Of a stretch of DNA of 64,000 nucleotides, positions 61,265 to 64,000 are shown piece after piece. Every line of letters starts with the position of its first letter. The first letter of the stretch is position 1. The notes beneath the pieces were generated by a model. The model saw nothing but the letters and a program-made list of their open reading frames with translations, had not been told where the DNA came from and ran no database searches. Location: assembly GCA_022821495.1 (NCBI GenBank), contig JAJEDN010000026.1, positions 65,561 through 129,560 on the forward strand, in the 5' to 3' direction. This DNA comes from Candidatus Poribacteria bacterium (GTDB lineage: Bacteria > Poribacteria > WGA-4E > WGA-3G). The translations under genes and the position numbers were made by a program.

Positions 61265-62287
61265 TTGCTCTCTTATCTCCTCCAGCGTTTTCTTTCGATC
61301 GGTTTATCTCTGTTAGCGGTATCGCTCCTGGTTTTTCTCATGGTGCATCTCATCCCGGGTGATGCCGCTGTCGCTATTTTGGGAGAACGCGCCACTGAAA
61401 ACGCACTTACCGAACTCCGAAAGGAGATGGGGCTTGATAAACCGCTATATCAGCAATACGCCAAATTCCTGTGGGATGCCGCACATCTCGACTTCGGGCG
61501 CTCCTTTAAAACCAAACAACCCGTAGTCGATGAAATCAGACGTTATTTCCCCGCAACGGCTGAATTGACCCTCGCAGCGATGGCGTTCTCAATGCTATTC
61601 GGTATTGCTGCGGGTGTTATTGCTGCAATCTCTCGCGGAAAATTCTTGGACTATTTTTCGATGTCGGTATCCCTCGCTGGCATCTCTATGCCAATTTTCT
61701 GGCTCGGACTGATGCTCATCCTGCTTTTTTCCTATTTTCTCCCAATATTACCAAGCAGTGGGCGATTGGATACTATCTTGGACTTAGACATTCAAACACG
61801 CACCGGTTTTTACCTTATTGATACACTTATTGCCGGAAATTTCACTGCTTTCCGAAGTGCCGTCGCTCACCTATTACTTCCCGCAATTACATTAGGCACC
61901 ATCCCGTTGGCGATTATTGCTCGGATGACCCGCTCCAGCCTCCTTGAAGTGCTAAACCAGCCGTACATTACGACGGCTTATGCCAAAGGCTTGACTCGCT
62001 GGAAAGTTATTAGTAAACACGCAATGAAAAATAGCATGGTGCCTGTCTTGACAGTTATCGGCTTAGAATTCGGTTACCTACTGGGTGGCGCGATTTTAAC
62101 CGAGCATATCTTCTCTTGGCCAGGACTCGGTTCATGGCTACGTGCCGCAGTTGAGGCGCGCGACATCCGAGCAGTCCAAGGCGGCGTAATCTTCGTCGCT
62201 ACGGTCTTTATGTTCGTCAATCTTATCGTAGATATGTTGTATGCCTACTTCGACCCGCGCATCCGAGTGGGAGACGAAGCCAAATGA
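61265..62287 (+). CDS. ABC transporter permease (DppB/OppB-like)
   Basis: N-terminus LLQRFLSIGLSLLAVSLLVFLMVHLIPGD. EAA loop region (YITTAYAKGLTRWKVISKHAMKN). TTG start after GGAAGG. Confidence 0.85.
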   Translation: MLSYLLQRFLSIGLSLLAVSLLVFLMVHLIPGDAAVAILGERATENALTELRKEMGLDKPLYQQYAKFLWDAAHLDFGRSFKTKQPVVDEIRRYFPATAELTLAAMAFSMLFGIAAGVIAAISRGKFLDYFSMSVSLAGISMPIFWLGLMLILLFSYFLPILPSSGRLDTILDLDIQTRTGFYLIDTLIAGNFTAFRSAVAHLLLPAITLGTIPLAIIARMTRSSLLEVLNQPYITTAYAKGLTRWKVISKHAMKNSMVPVLTVIGLEFGYLLGGAILTEHIFSWPGLGSWLRAAVEARDIRAVQGGVIFVATVFMFVNLIVDMLYAYFDPRIRVGDEAK

Positions 62288-63138
62288 ATACGCCAACAAC
62301 CGCCAGCAGTCAACAACATATCTTTCGGAAACTTTTAAGACATCGTTCTGCTACTATCGGTGCATCCATTATCCTATTTTTTGTTGTTGTCGCTATTTTT
62401 GCACCACTCATTGCGACCCACGACCCGAGACACGCGAACATTATTGAACGCCTCCAAGGTGGCTCCGCTTCGCACTACCTCGGTACCGATAAGGTAGGAC
62501 GCGATATATTCAGTAGGATTGTCTACGGCACGCGTATTTCTCTAAAGGTCGGGCTTATCGCAATGACCTTTTCTGTGGGGTTCGGTACACTCTTCGGCGC
62601 GATCGCTGGCTATTACGGTGGAAAATTGGACAACCTGATTATGCGTGTGATGGATATGATGCTTGCGATGCCGAGTATCCTTCTCGCGATGGTTATTGTG
62701 ACAATTCTCGGTCAGAGTCTCACAAATGCGATTATCGCCGTGTCAATCGTCTATATTCCGCAATATGCCCGAATCCTGCGCGCCGCAGTCCTCAAGGTCC
62801 GTGAATTAGACTATGTCACCGCCGCAAGGGTGATCGGTGCGAGGAACAGTCGTATTCTTCTGACGACCGTTCTCCCGAATTGCATCGCGCCATTGATCGT
62901 CCAAGCAACCTTAGGAATCGGTGCAGCCATCTTAGACGCAGCAGGACTCAGTTTTTTGGGGCTCGGCGCAGAAATCGGTGAACCCGAATGGGGCGCGATG
63001 CTCAATGAAAACCGAGATCTCATCCGTCGCGCACCTTTAGCCGTCACTGCTCCGGGGGTCGCCATTTTCTTGATCGTCTTAGGCTTCAATCTCCTCGGCG
63101 ATGCCCTCCGAGATGCGCTCGATCCACAGATAGACTGA
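62284..63138 (+). CDS. ABC transporter permease (DppC/OppC-like)
   Basis: HYLGTDKVGRDIFSRIVYGTRISL motif. EAA loop (DYVTAARVIGARNSRILLTTVLPN). 4-nt overlap with the upstream permease. Confidence 0.85.
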   Translation: MNTPTTASSQQHIFRKLLRHRSATIGASIILFFVVVAIFAPLIATHDPRHANIIERLQGGSASHYLGTDKVGRDIFSRIVYGTRISLKVGLIAMTFSVGFGTLFGAIAGYYGGKLDNLIMRVMDMMLAMPSILLAMVIVTILGQSLTNAIIAVSIVYIPQYARILRAAVLKVRELDYVTAARVIGARNSRILLTTVLPNCIAPLIVQATLGIGAAILDAAGLSFLGLGAEIGEPEWGAMLNENRDLIRRAPLAVTAPGVAIFLIVLGFNLLGDALRDALDPQID

Positions 63139-63188
63139 ATCCAAACTCAGGACAAAAACAAAAGTTTAATTCCAGAACGCATATTTTT

Positions 63189-63217
63189 TTGACACGCCCT
63201 GTTTTTCATAGTATAAT
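63189..63217 (+). promoter_or_regulatory. Consensus sigma70 promoter for the multicopper oxidase gene
   Basis: TTGACA-17 nt-TATAAT read directly, 36 nt upstream of ATG 63254. Confidence 0.55.
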
Positions 63218-63253
63218 TAAAGGCAAATTTAACCTATTGAGGTCTAATACTTT

Positions 63254-64000
63254 ATGAGGTTTGCTTTACAGTCTCAGATTTTGAAAATGAGTCTCAATAT
63301 CACTGATTTAAACTTAACAGAGGGCACTCGCAGGCTATTTTCCTTCCTTCATACAAGAAACTCACAATTTTTTTCATCACTCCTCTTTCTTACCTTCATC
63401 AGTGCGATACTGCATCTCCCTACGGGTTCCGTTGAAGCTGCAACGCGGGAATACTGGATCGCCGCCGAGAAAGTTGAATGGAACTACGCACCGAGTGGAC
63501 AAAATCTCATCAGACCGAATATGGGATTGGATGTTTGGGGTAAAGCACTTGTGTATGAAAAATACCGATACATCCAATACGCCGATAGCACCTATACGAC
63601 ACGCGTCGAACAACCCGCGTGGATGGGTATCCTCGGACCACAACTGCACGCTGTTGAAGGCGATAGCGTGAAGGTGCATTTTCTCAATCGCGCCGACAAA
63701 CCCCTCAGCATTCATGTCCATGGATTACAATACAATGAAGACAACGAAGGCGCGGATATGAAAGGTTCCGGTGCTGCCGTAAAACCCGGCAGTACTTTCA
63801 CCTACCATTGGGAAGCAGATAGCGATGCCGCCCCCGGTCCGAACGATCCGTCGTCTATTGTCTGGCTTTATCACTCCCACGTCGATGCTGTCACCGAAGT
63901 CTACGACGGCTTAATCGGAAGCGTTGTCGTCACCAAAAAAGGGATGGAACGCGCACCGGATGATCCGCGCCCTAAAGACATTGATAAAACATTCACGACG
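63254..64000 (+). CDS. Multicopper oxidase, ceruloplasmin-like cupredoxin domain; C-terminal part runs off the window
   Basis: Open frame to the window end (not in the track). Hydrophobic leader, then REYWIAAEKVEWNYAPSG ... LGPQLHAVEGDSVKVHF ... SIHVHGL ... WLYHSHVD (Cu-binding HxH motifs). The start may instead be ATG 63287. Confidence 0.75.
   Translation, partial: MRFALQSQILKMSLNITDLNLTEGTRRLFSFLHTRNSQFFSSLLFLTFISAILHLPTGSVEAATREYWIAAEKVEWNYAPSGQNLIRPNMGLDVWGKALVYEKYRYIQYADSTYTTRVEQPAWMGILGPQLHAVEGDSVKVHFLNRADKPLSIHVHGLQYNEDNEGADMKGSGAAVKPGSTFTYHWEADSDAAPGPNDPSSIVWLYHSHVDAVTEVYDGLIGSVVVTKKGMERAPDDPRPKDIDKTFTT

Overview
This is a 64-kb chromosomal segment of a diderm bacterium: it carries TolC-like, TonB-dependent receptor and secretin genes. 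GC is moderate. It probably comes from an uncultured lineage. The gene mix (Uma2 endonucleases, Rpn/DUF4351 nucleases, PhyH, xylose-isomerase-like TIM barrels, a T2SS with a PilM/N fusion) recalls PVC/Poribacteria-like genomes, but that is inference only. I support about 50 protein genes, one tRNA-Asn(GTT), no rRNA and no CRISPR array. Main blocks: (1) TolC-like plus membrane-fusion efflux genes, truD, bioA, and glpK followed by an NtrB/NtrC-type two-component pair. (2) A TonB-dependent receptor divergent from a class II terpene (squalene-hopene-type) cyclase plus a GT2 glycosyltransferase. (3) A complete minus-strand type II secretion cluster (gspE-F-G-H-I-J-K, PilM/N fusion, GspM-like, gspD). 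It is followed by two secreted proteins that share a conserved C-terminal tail. (4) A symporter pair (DUF4212 + SSS), gmhA and a fused ABC permease. (5) A decayed mobile islet with two Rpn/PD-(D/E)XK nuclease genes (one frameshifted), an ISAs1-type transposase remnant and short repeats. (6) An accessory stretch with an orphan T4-Dam-like methylase, PhyH, tRNA-Asn, a rhodanese, and an operon of one HEPN gene plus three tandem small paralogs. That operon is my best candidate for an undescribed toxin/antitoxin- or defence-type module. (7) Two tandem Uma2 endonucleases, an XRE-HTH/MBL fusion, DppBC-like permeases and a ceruloplasmin-like multicopper oxidase. A MITE-like element with ATAGGACTTACGCA termini occurs three times, once inside the T2SS operon. 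Several near-consensus sigma70-type promoters can be read directly. All family calls come from motif recognition by eye; no searches or calculations were run.
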